From contig CATMOE010000009.1 in NCBI GenBank assembly GCA_950072105.1, forward strand, positions 14,443-78,442: a DNA stretch of 64,000 nucleotides, given 5' to 3'. Within the stretch, counting starts at the first letter, position 1. Every line of letters begins with the position of its first letter. This document shows, one piece after another, positions 39,728 through 48,059 of this stretch. Origin of the DNA: an uncultured Dehalococcoidia bacterium (lineage in GTDB: Bacteria; Chloroflexota; Dehalococcoidia; Lucifugimonadales; UBA3495). The notes below the pieces were generated by a model. It saw only the letters and a program-made list of their open reading frames with translations. It searched no databases and was not told where the DNA came from. The translations under genes and the position numbers were made by a program.

Positions 39728-40252
39728 ATGACGCAGCAATATTCTCAGCCGCCGGAGATGTCCATCGACCTTAGCAAGACTTATTCGGCGGCGATACGAA
39801 CCAGCCACGGGGTCATCACCGTGGATCTGTTGACTTCTGACGCGCCGGCCACAGTCAACAACTTTGTTTTCCTAGCCAAGGAAGGTTTCTACACCAACGG
39901 CAAGTTCCACCGGGTGATCAAAGATTTCATGGTTCAAGGAGGCTGCCCCAAGGGGGACGGCACCGGCGGACCCGGCTACAAATTCAACGACGAGACGGTG
40001 TCCCGTCAGTACGTAAAGGGCACCCTGGCCATGGCCAACGCCGGACCCAACACCAACGGCAGTCAGTTCTTCATCGTCCATGGCGCCAACACCGGACTGC
40101 CGCCGAACTACACCATCTTCGGCATGGTCTCCTCAGGGGTTGAGGTGTTGGACGCGCTGGCCAATGTGGAAGTGAAGTCCGGAGGCGGCGGCGAGCGGTC
40201 CACACCCGTCGAGACCCAGGAGATTCAAGGGATAGACATCACCGAAAGCTGA
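39728..40252 (+). CDS. Cyclophilin-type peptidyl-prolyl cis-trans isomerase
   Basis: APATVNNF, FHRVIKDFMVQGG, LAMANAGPNTNGSQFFI. Confidence 0.95.
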   Translation: MTQQYSQPPEMSIDLSKTYSAAIRTSHGVITVDLLTSDAPATVNNFVFLAKEGFYTNGKFHRVIKDFMVQGGCPKGDGTGGPGYKFNDETVSRQYVKGTLAMANAGPNTNGSQFFIVHGANTGLPPNYTIFGMVSSGVEVLDALANVEVKSGGGGERSTPVETQEIQGIDITES

Positions 40253-40300
40253 TCGAATTCCGCATTCATGGAAAGAGCAGGGTGAAGAGCTTTCGCGGAA

Positions 40301-41143
40301 TCATCCCGCGGTTCGGCCAGACTCGACCCACATCTGGTATACCCTGTTCTTAGTCATACCCGTGGCTTCGGACACCTGAGCCACCGCATCCTTAGCCCGG
40401 ACCCCTTCCTGCCGGAGGCTAGCCAGCCATCCCGCGGCATCTTCCAGTTGGTCTGGGGCCGGTCCGTCGTCCGTTGGGCTTGGCGCGGCGCCACGGAGCA
40501 CCAGAACGAATTCGCCTCGGGGCTCCCTGAAGTGGGTCAGGGCCTCCGAGGCGTTGCCCCGGAACACCTCTTCATAAAACTTGGTCAATTCGCGGCACAC
40601 CGACATTTCCCGGTCCCCCAAGACCGCCAGAATATCCTTCAGCGTAACCTGCAGCCGGTGGGGGGCCTCGAAGATCACCAGGGTATGAGTCGATCGGGTT
40701 AGTTCCTGCAGCCGAGCGCGGCGTTCCCGGGCCTTTCGGGGCAGGAACCCCAAGAAAAGAAATTCATCGCCGGACATCCCTGACATCGCCATGGCCGTGG
40801 TAACCGCCGAAACTCCGGGCACCGCTTCCACCGGGAAACCCGCGGCGGCCGCCTGGGACACCAGCTCGGCGCCGGGGTCGCTCACTCCGGGCATTCCTGC
40901 GTCGGTGACTAAGGCCACGCCGCCAGAACCCAGAGCTTCCAGCAACGCCGGGAGCCGCTGGTGTTGGTTGTGTTCGTTGAAGCTAACCATGGGAGTGTGC
41001 AAGCCAAGGTGGCTGAGCAAGCGCCGGGTCACCCGGGTGTCCTCGGCAGCGATCAAGCTCACCTCTCCCAAGACTCGCGCCGCCCGGGGGGTAAGGTCTT
41101 CCAGGTTGCCTATGGGGGTGCCGACTACGTACAACTTGCCCAT
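40301..41143 (-). CDS. rsmI: 16S rRNA (cytidine1402-2'-O)-methyltransferase
   Basis: LYVVGTPIGNLED, AEDTR, DAGMPGVSDPG, RELTK.YEE. Confidence 0.95.
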   Translation of the reverse strand: MGKLYVVGTPIGNLEDLTPRAARVLGEVSLIAAEDTRVTRRLLSHLGLHTPMVSFNEHNQHQRLPALLEALGSGGVALVTDAGMPGVSDPGAELVSQAAAAGFPVEAVPGVSAVTTAMAMSGMSGDEFLFLGFLPRKARERRARLQELTRSTHTLVIFEAPHRLQVTLKDILAVLGDREMSVCRELTKFYEEVFRGNASEALTHFREPRGEFVLVLRGAAPSPTDDGPAPDQLEDAAGWLASLRQEGVRAKDAVAQVSEATGMTKNRVYQMWVESGRTAG

Positions 41144-41273
41144 CGCTCTAGGTCATCCACCACCGCTCTTGCGCCCATGGAAGTGGGCCGGTAAGCTCTA
41201 TCTAGCTATATCACCGGCTAGATTATACCGCCGTTAGAGCATTAGCCGGAGTGGGATTCATTAAGGAGAAAGA

Positions 41274-42944
41274 ATGGCCAAACTCACCGGTGGGCACCTG
41301 TTCATCCGTTGCTTAAAGCAAGAAGGCATTAAGAAGATCTTTACTATAGTAGGCGACACCATCTTGCCCCTGGTAGACGCCGCCGCTGACGAAGGTATCG
41401 AGTTCATCGACACCCGCCACGAAGGTGCGGCGATGCATATGGCCGACGCCTACGCCCGGATCACCGGACAACCATCCGTGGCCATGTTCACCGGCGGACC
41501 GGGTTACGCCAACGCCATCTCGGGTCTTCCGGCCATCTTCACTTCGGAAAGCCCGGTGATCTTCGTGGCCGGCGCCGCTGAGCTTCCTGAGAAAGGAATG
41601 ACCACCTTCCAAGAGATCGATCAGGTAGCCATGGCCGCTCCGGTCACCAAGGGCTCCTGGATGATCCACGACCGCCGCCGGATCCCCGAATTCGTGGCCA
41701 CTGCCTTCCGCACCGCCATGTCCGGCCGGCCGGGACCAGTGCATCTCACATTACCTATAGACATCCAGGAGCAGGAGATCTCCGAGGACGAACTCCCTCA
41801 GTATCTTCCTCACGAATACCGAGCCATGGGCCGCGCCCAGGCTGATCCATCGTTGATCGATGAGGCCGCCTCGTTGCTAAGCCAGGCCCAGAAACCGGTG
41901 ATTATCGTGGGAAATCCTGGCCGCTATTCCATCACAGCGGAACAGATGGAGAAGCTGGCCGAAACCACCGGCATCCCGGTGTTTACCGTTGAGCAGGCCC
42001 GGGGTCTGTTGGACGACGAGCATCCCCTTTGTTTCGGCTACGCCGACGGCGCTCTTAACCCCACCGCCCGCCGGTTCCGCGAGTCCGATGTTGTACTCTT
42101 GCTGGGGAAGCGATTGGACCATCGATACCGCTACGGCCAGATCTTCAACACTTCCGCCAAGCTCATCCAAGCCGACCCATCTCCCGCCGAGATTGGACGG
42201 AACCGTGGCGTAGCCGTGGGGCTGCTTGGAGATTTGGGCGCTATCGTGGACCAGATCACCGCCGCGGCGGCCAAGGGTAGCAAGCAAGACATCTCTTCCT
42301 GGGTTGACCAACTGGGCCAGGACCAAAAGGCCTGGAACGATGCGCTTCGATCCAAAGCCACCGGGGAGCAACCGATGCACCCCTTGGACATATTCACCAG
42401 GATAGAGCATCTGATCGACCGGGACACCTTCATCGTCATGGACGGCGGCGACTACGTACAATGGGGCCGCTCTTACTTGAAAGCGCGGATGCCGGGCCGG
42501 TTCATCCGCCTGGGGCCCCTCAGCCACCTGGGGGCGGGTATCCCCTACGGCATGGCCGCCAAATTGGCCTACCCCGACAGCAAGGTGCTGGTGTTCATCG
42601 GCGACGGCGCGTTCGGGTTTTACCCCATGGAATACGACACCTGCATTCGGCACAACCTGCCCATAACCACCGTCATGGGCAACGACGCTACTTGGGGCAT
42701 CGACAAGACGTTCCAATTGGCCTATTACGACCGAGCCGTGGGTACTGATCTTCGCTTCATCAGGTACGACAAAATGGTGGAAGCCATCGGCGGCTATGCG
42801 GAATACGTGCAGATCCCCGAGGAGGTCGCTCCGGCGGTAGAGAGGGCGCTGGCCTCATCCCTCCCTTCACTGGTGAACGTTTCCGTCCGCTCGGGCGCCA
42901 GCCCGCTGGCCGAAGCCATGATTACCCGGCGCCGGGGGAGCTAA
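41274..42944 (+). CDS. Thiamine pyrophosphate-dependent enzyme (acetolactate synthase/acyl-CoA lyase-like)
   Basis: RHEGAA, FQEIDQ, GRPGPVHL, GDGAFGF...GND TPP motif. Confidence 0.92.
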   Translation: MAKLTGGHLFIRCLKQEGIKKIFTIVGDTILPLVDAAADEGIEFIDTRHEGAAMHMADAYARITGQPSVAMFTGGPGYANAISGLPAIFTSESPVIFVAGAAELPEKGMTTFQEIDQVAMAAPVTKGSWMIHDRRRIPEFVATAFRTAMSGRPGPVHLTLPIDIQEQEISEDELPQYLPHEYRAMGRAQADPSLIDEAASLLSQAQKPVIIVGNPGRYSITAEQMEKLAETTGIPVFTVEQARGLLDDEHPLCFGYADGALNPTARRFRESDVVLLLGKRLDHRYRYGQIFNTSAKLIQADPSPAEIGRNRGVAVGLLGDLGAIVDQITAAAAKGSKQDISSWVDQLGQDQKAWNDALRSKATGEQPMHPLDIFTRIEHLIDRDTFIVMDGGDYVQWGRSYLKARMPGRFIRLGPLSHLGAGIPYGMAAKLAYPDSKVLVFIGDGAFGFYPMEYDTCIRHNLPITTVMGNDATWGIDKTFQLAYYDRAVGTDLRFIRYDKMVEAIGGYAEYVQIPEEVAPAVERALASSLPSLVNVSVRSGASPLAEAMITRRRGS

Positions 42945-43059
42945 GAGATCCAGACAGCTCGAATAATCAGGAGTGAGCGCCAACGGCGACGAGATTCGTG
43001 AAGAATGTGCCGAGTGTCGTGCGATCGAATAAATTTCTCAAATCACCCGCGCCACACTC

Positions 43060-43088
43060 TTGACATTTCCACCCACGATGATTAATGT
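43060..43088 (+). promoter_or_regulatory. Sigma70-type promoter of RdhA-like copy 1
   Basis: TTGACA-17 nt-TAATGT. Confidence 0.6.
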
Positions 43089-43143
43089 TCTGGGTAGAAG
43101 CCGTACACCGATTTATACACTCATAAAACCTGGAGGAACGGTT

Positions 43144-44424
43144 ATGCTAAAGATAGGCCACGAAGTCGTCCGCCCCGGCGTTAGGTTGGGCGATCCCACT
43201 TTGACCATTCCAGTACCTGAAGAACTGGAAACCGTACCTGGGATTCCCCTAAACAACCGGGAGGTCGACTGGTATGCCCGGGAGTATCCGCTGGAAAGCA
43301 TGAACATAACCGAGCGGGCGTCCCGTACCTGGGCGAATGGCATGAGAGACGCGCATGCCGAGATGCGGGAGATTCGCAAGGAGCACGAAAAGCTGAACAA
43401 GGCTTTGATTCTGGCTGCTCGCGCGACTGCGGAGATCGAACCCACTGTCGAGCCGACGGGCGAAGATATGACAGATGCCATCAAGCACAAGGCTCGCGAG
43501 TTGGGATTCATCGAAGTCGGTATTACCTCCTTCGACCACCGCTACACTTTCAGCAGCAAGAAAGACTCCACTACCTATTATCCGCATATAATCTGCTTGG
43601 CTTACGAGCAGGACTTCGAGCCTACCCAGACCATCCCCAGCGTCGACGCTGAGATCGTTCACTCCAGCACCTACCGGACGGAAGGCGCCGCGGCCTTGGA
43701 GCTGGGCAACTTCATCCGCTCCCACGGCTATCACGCCCAGGTCACCGGATCGGGCGACTCCCCTGGCCCCTACATCCCAATGTTCGTGGAAGCGGGACTG
43801 GGTCAGTTGGGCGCTTGCGGCTACCTGTTGACCCCCCACGTGGGCAACCGTTGCCGCCTGGTCTCCGTGACCACCGACGCCGCAGTGAGCTACGACAAGC
43901 CCGTCGACTACGGCATCCACGCCTTCTGCCAAGTCTGCCAGGTCTGCGTCAACCGCTGCCCCGGCCGCGCCCTGATGCGTGACAAGATCTGGTGGCGGGG
44001 TCTGGAAAAGAACAAGTTGTACTTCAAGCGCTGCCGCCCCGTTATGGCCCGCTACTTGGGCTGCGGTATCTGCATGAAGACCTGTCCCGTTCAGAAGTAC
44101 GGAATGAAGAACGTCATGGAGCACTACGCCGAGACCGGTCAGGTCCTTGGCAAGGGCACCCACGACCTCGAAGGTTACACCCTAGAGGGCAAGGGCTACT
44201 TCGGACCGGGCGAGCTCCCCACCTTCGACCGTGGCTTCTTCGACATGCCCCACGGCAACGAGTACGAGTGGTCCTTCGAAACGTTCAAGAAGACGGCCCG
44301 GGAGGCCGGCGGTGTCATCACCGACGATCTGATCGAGCAGTTCAAGGCAGAGATGAACGAACATCTCGGCCAGGAAACCACCGACCACCTATCCATGATG
44401 GACCAGGACGCCGACTACATCTAG
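43144..44424 (+). CDS. Reductive dehalogenase-like (cobalamin/2x[4Fe-4S]) protein, copy 1, no Tat signal
   Basis: IK..ARELGF.EVGIT, EAGLGQLG, V.TD, FCQVCQVCVNRCP and C-X9-CGICMKTCP; GGAGG RBS before ATG 43144. Confidence 0.8.
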   Translation: MLKIGHEVVRPGVRLGDPTLTIPVPEELETVPGIPLNNREVDWYAREYPLESMNITERASRTWANGMRDAHAEMREIRKEHEKLNKALILAARATAEIEPTVEPTGEDMTDAIKHKARELGFIEVGITSFDHRYTFSSKKDSTTYYPHIICLAYEQDFEPTQTIPSVDAEIVHSSTYRTEGAAALELGNFIRSHGYHAQVTGSGDSPGPYIPMFVEAGLGQLGACGYLLTPHVGNRCRLVSVTTDAAVSYDKPVDYGIHAFCQVCQVCVNRCPGRALMRDKIWWRGLEKNKLYFKRCRPVMARYLGCGICMKTCPVQKYGMKNVMEHYAETGQVLGKGTHDLEGYTLEGKGYFGPGELPTFDRGFFDMPHGNEYEWSFETFKKTAREAGGVITDDLIEQFKAEMNEHLGQETTDHLSMMDQDADYI

Positions 44425-44485
44425 AAAGCGGATCTGCCATCCGGTTGATTGGGGCATAGCTCCACTTAACCTAGATCAGCCAAGT

Positions 44486-44528
44486 ACCGGCAGGGGTTAT
44501 TGAACGCCCCTGCCGGTCTTTATTTTTT
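44486..44528 (+). terminator. Rho-independent terminator after copy 1
   Basis: ACCGGCAGGGG...CCCCTGCCGGT followed by a T-rich tail. Confidence 0.75.
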
Positions 44529-44724
44529 GCCGGCGTTTGTCCGCCGGGTTCGTCTTCAGTATTATGCCCTTCCGCAGGCATCAAGAAACGTGGCATCGGC
44601 GATGTAGGCAGGGGTCCTGGGTGGAAACAGAATCAGCTTGCCGGAGCCTAAGTATTGAATCGTCATAATTGTAACGATTTACGTAATATTTCCGGGCCAA
44701 ATAACATTTTACCGTAGAACGCAT

Positions 44725-44772
44725 GGTTGCTTATAGCAACCTATTGACAAATAATGCGGGATCCTTTATATT
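44725..44772 (+). promoter_or_regulatory. Promoter of RdhA-like copy 2 with upstream palindromic operator
   Basis: GGTTGC-TTATA-GCAACC abutting TTGACA-17 nt-TATATT. Confidence 0.65.
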
Positions 44773-44851
44773 TCCGCTTAAGAGCGTGTGCTTGGGGTCC
44801 AACGTTTTGAGACGTATGTAATGGATCACGCATCAATTGGGAGGAGCAGAT

Positions 44852-46138
44852 ATGCTAAAGATTGGCCATGAGGTCGTCAGACCCGGTAAGAGATCAGGAG
44901 AAGCCACGGTAACCATCCCTGTTCCCGCGGAGTTGGAGGGAGTGCCCGGCATACCGCTCGAGCAGCGGGAAGTGGATTGGTACGCCCGTGAGTATCCCCT
45001 CGAGTCCATTAACTACACCGAACGGGCATCTCGTGACTGGGCCAACGAACTGCGAGACCAGCACGCCGAGATGCGGGAGATCCGTAAAGAGCACGACAAG
45101 TTGAACCGGGGCCTGATCATGGCCGCGCGTCAAACCGCCGACGTCGAGCCCACCGTTGAGCCCACCGGCGAGGATATATCCGAAGCCATCAAAGCCAAGG
45201 CCCGGGAACTGGGTTATCTGGAAGTTGGCATAACCGCGTACGACCACCGCTACGAGTTTCAGAGCAAGCGCGATTTCACCAAGCTTCCTCATGCGATCTG
45301 CCTGGCTTACGAGCAGGACTTCGAGCCTACTCAGACCATCCCCAGCGTGGACGCTGAGATCGTTCACTCCAGCACCTACCGGACCCAGGGAGCGGCCGGC
45401 CTTGAACTGGGCTCCTTCATCAACTCTCTGGGCTATCGTGCCCATGTGATTCACTCATCCGACGCCACCGGCCCGGTGATTCCCATGTTCGTGGAAGCCG
45501 GTCTGGGTCAGTTGGGCGCCTGCGGCTATCTGCTGACCCCACATGCCGGCAACCGCAACCGGCTGATGATGGTCACCACCGACGCCGAAGTGACCTACGA
45601 CAAGCCCATCGACTACGGCATCCACGCCTTCTGCCAAGTCTGCCAGGTCTGCGTCAACCGCTGCCCCGGCCGCGCCCTGATGCGTGACAAGATCTGGTGG
45701 CGGGGTCTGGAAAAGAACAAGTTGTACTTCAAGCGCTGCCGTCCCGTTATGGCCCGCTACTTGGGCTGCGGTATCTGCATGAAGACCTGCCCGATCCAGA
45801 AGTACGGCATGAAGAACGTCATGGAGCACTACGCCGATACCGGCCAGGTCCTAGGCAAGGGAACCCACGACCTCGAAGGTTACACCCTAGAGGGCAAGGG
45901 CTACTTCGGACCGGGCGAGCTCCCCGTCTTCGACCGCGGCTTCTTCGACATGCCCCACGGCACCATCGAAGACCACGCCTTCGAGCAGTTCAAGGAGAAC
46001 GCCAAAGCTGCCGGCGGTGAGGTCACTGAAGAGATGGTCGATGAACTCAAGGCCGAGATCGGCAGAGCCATGGGGCAAAAGTACGACGCCGTGGCGATGC
46101 TGGACGCCAGCCTGGACGTGGACGCGGACTACATCTAG
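44852..46138 (+). CDS. Reductive dehalogenase-like protein, copy 2
   Basis: Same motifs as copy 1; GGAGG RBS before ATG 44852. Confidence 0.8.
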   Translation: MLKIGHEVVRPGKRSGEATVTIPVPAELEGVPGIPLEQREVDWYAREYPLESINYTERASRDWANELRDQHAEMREIRKEHDKLNRGLIMAARQTADVEPTVEPTGEDISEAIKAKARELGYLEVGITAYDHRYEFQSKRDFTKLPHAICLAYEQDFEPTQTIPSVDAEIVHSSTYRTQGAAGLELGSFINSLGYRAHVIHSSDATGPVIPMFVEAGLGQLGACGYLLTPHAGNRNRLMMVTTDAEVTYDKPIDYGIHAFCQVCQVCVNRCPGRALMRDKIWWRGLEKNKLYFKRCRPVMARYLGCGICMKTCPIQKYGMKNVMEHYADTGQVLGKGTHDLEGYTLEGKGYFGPGELPVFDRGFFDMPHGTIEDHAFEQFKENAKAAGGEVTEEMVDELKAEIGRAMGQKYDAVAMLDASLDVDADYI

Positions 46139-46203
46139 ATATCCGTCGATCCATACATCCACCATGCCTGCCGGGGTGGCCTCGGCAGGAAACCAAGAGT
46201 CTC

Positions 46204-46240
46204 AAGAGCCGCCCCCGATTCGTCGGGGGCGGCTTCTTTT
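46204..46240 (+). terminator. Terminator after copy 2 with CCCCGA-TTCG-TCGGGG core
   Basis: GCCGCCCCCGA-TTCG-TCGGGGGCGGC followed by TTCTTTT. Confidence 0.75.
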
Positions 46241-46343
46241 CAGTGAGGGAGTGGCCGGCAGCCCCCGGAGTCCCAGAATCACCATCATGTTTCTTGCTGG
46301 TATATATCACGTTTTTAGATACAATTACCCCCCCTCCATAGGG

Positions 46344-46372
46344 TTGACAAATAAACTGTGAACGACTATTGT
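46344..46372 (+). promoter_or_regulatory. Promoter of RdhA-like copy 3
   Basis: TTGACA-17 nt-TATTGT. Confidence 0.65.
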
Positions 46373-46430
46373 TTGTGGCAACCATGGGTTAGACATAGCA
46401 ACGCAGTGCTACTATTTGGGAGGAGAGCGT

Positions 46431-47702
46431 ATGCTGAAAATAGGCCACGAGGTTGTAAGACCCGGAAAGTTCCGGAATGATGCCCCAGTAACCATTCCCG
46501 TCCCCGAAGAATTGGAGGGAGTACCCGGTATCCCCCTCAACTACCGCGAAGTCGATTGGTATGCCAAGGAATATCCCTTGGAGACCATGAACATTACGGA
46601 GCGAGCATCAAGGGACTGGGCCAACACGATTCGTGACGGCCACGTTGAGATGCGGGAGATCCGGAAAGAGCACGACAAGCTCAACCGGCCCCTGATTATG
46701 GCGGCTCGCCTGACCGGCGACCAGGAACCCACGGCCGAGCCCACCGGCGAGGACGTATCCGAAGCGATCAAGGCTAAGGCCAAGGATCTCGGCTTCTTAG
46801 AAGTCGGCATCACCGCCTACGACCATCGCTACACCTACCATAGCAAGAAGGACTGGGTAAAGTTCCCCAACGTTATCTGCTTGGCTTATGAGCAGGACTT
46901 CGAGCCTACCCAGACCATCCCCAGCGTAGACGCTGAGATTGTCCACTCCAGCACCTACCGCACGGAAGGCGCTTCAGGACTGGAGCTGGGAAGGTTCATC
47001 AATTCCTTGGGTTATCGAGCCCAGGTTCACAGCCCCAATGACAACACCGGCCCCTACATCCCCATGTTCGTGGAAGCCGGCCTGGGTCAGTTGGGCGCTT
47101 GCGGCTACCTGTTGACCCCCAATGAGGGTTCACGCTGCCGCATCATGCTGATCACCACCGATGCCGAAGTGACCTACGACAAGCCCATCGACTACGGCAT
47201 CCACGCTTTCTGCCAAGTCTGCCAGGTCTGCGTTAACCGCTGCCCCGGCCGCGCCTTGATGCGTGACAAGATCTGGTGGCGGGGTCTGGAAAAGAACAAG
47301 TTGTACTTCAAGCGCTGCCGCCCTGTTATGGCCCGCTACCTGGGCTGCGGTATCTGCATGAAGACTTGCCCCATCCAGAAGTACGGCCTGAAGAACGTCA
47401 TGGAGCACTACGCCGATACCGGCCAGGTTCTAGGCAAGGGCACCCACGACCTCGAAGGTTACACCCTAGAGGGCAAGGGCTACTTCGGACCAGGCGAGCT
47501 CCCCGTCTTCGACCGCGGCTTCTTCGACATGCCCCACGGAGACACCGAAGAGTGGGCTTTCGAGCAGTTCAAGGAGAAGGCTAGGTCCGCCGGCGGCGTC
47601 ATCACCGACGACTTGATCGAAGAGTTCAAGGCAGAGATGAACCGCGGTTTGGGCCAGAGCAGGGACAACCTAGAAATGATGGAAGAAGTGGACTACATCT
47701 AG
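46431..47702 (+). CDS. Reductive dehalogenase-like protein, copy 3
   Basis: Same motifs as copies 1 and 2; GGAGG RBS before ATG 46431. Confidence 0.8.
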   Translation: MLKIGHEVVRPGKFRNDAPVTIPVPEELEGVPGIPLNYREVDWYAKEYPLETMNITERASRDWANTIRDGHVEMREIRKEHDKLNRPLIMAARLTGDQEPTAEPTGEDVSEAIKAKAKDLGFLEVGITAYDHRYTYHSKKDWVKFPNVICLAYEQDFEPTQTIPSVDAEIVHSSTYRTEGASGLELGRFINSLGYRAQVHSPNDNTGPYIPMFVEAGLGQLGACGYLLTPNEGSRCRIMLITTDAEVTYDKPIDYGIHAFCQVCQVCVNRCPGRALMRDKIWWRGLEKNKLYFKRCRPVMARYLGCGICMKTCPIQKYGLKNVMEHYADTGQVLGKGTHDLEGYTLEGKGYFGPGELPVFDRGFFDMPHGDTEEWAFEQFKEKARSAGGVITDDLIEEFKAEMNRGLGQSRDNLEMMEEVDYI

Positions 47703-47738
47703 ATCAGCCCCCATCTCCCATCAAAGGATAGCAACTGA

Positions 47739-47896
47739 GAGGCCCCACCCCGATCGAATCGGGGCGGGGCCTCAAGCTTTGCCTAGCTAGTTTGCCCTCA
47801 CTCCCGCCCCTCTCCCAGACGGCGAGGGGACTGGAGCATGGGGATCGTCGTCAGGAACAAGAATGAGCCCCCTTTCGTAAAGGGGGTTGGGGGATT
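47739..47896. repeat. Cluster of three different REP-like palindromes
   Basis: CCCCGAT-CGA-ATCGGGG hairpin (47739-47773), CCCTCAC..CCCCTCTCCC..GAGGGG (47795-47829), CCCCCTTT-CGT-AAAGGGGG-TTGGGGGATT (47868-47896). Confidence 0.6.
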
Positions 47897-48059
47897 CCCC
47901 CCATATAGCATGGGGCCTATTCTGAAGCTACGGAAGTGGGACGGCGTGGGTTCTCAACAAATCGAGGGGACCTGGATTAAGCGACACGGAAATCTACCTT
48001 CTGGTGGTGGGCTTGTTAATCGACGAAGCTAGGCGGTAGGAATTGTCTGAGCCGGAATC

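Noticed and set aside
42945..43143. Cobalamin riboswitch upstream of the Rdh-like genes
   Set aside because: No B12-box or GGGAA..GCCACTG-type consensus is recognisable, and the predicted 5' leaders are too short (~50-75 nt).
43144..47702. Calling the paralogs queG or respiratory rdhA
   Set aside because: I see no QueG-type YAxGxDYH motif, three copies is atypical for QueG, and there is no Tat signal or rdhB anchor as respiratory RdhA would need.
43144..47702. Diversity-generating retroelement explaining the repeated blocks
   Set aside because: There is no reverse transcriptase, and the differences are not adenine-specific; the repeats are whole-gene paralogs.
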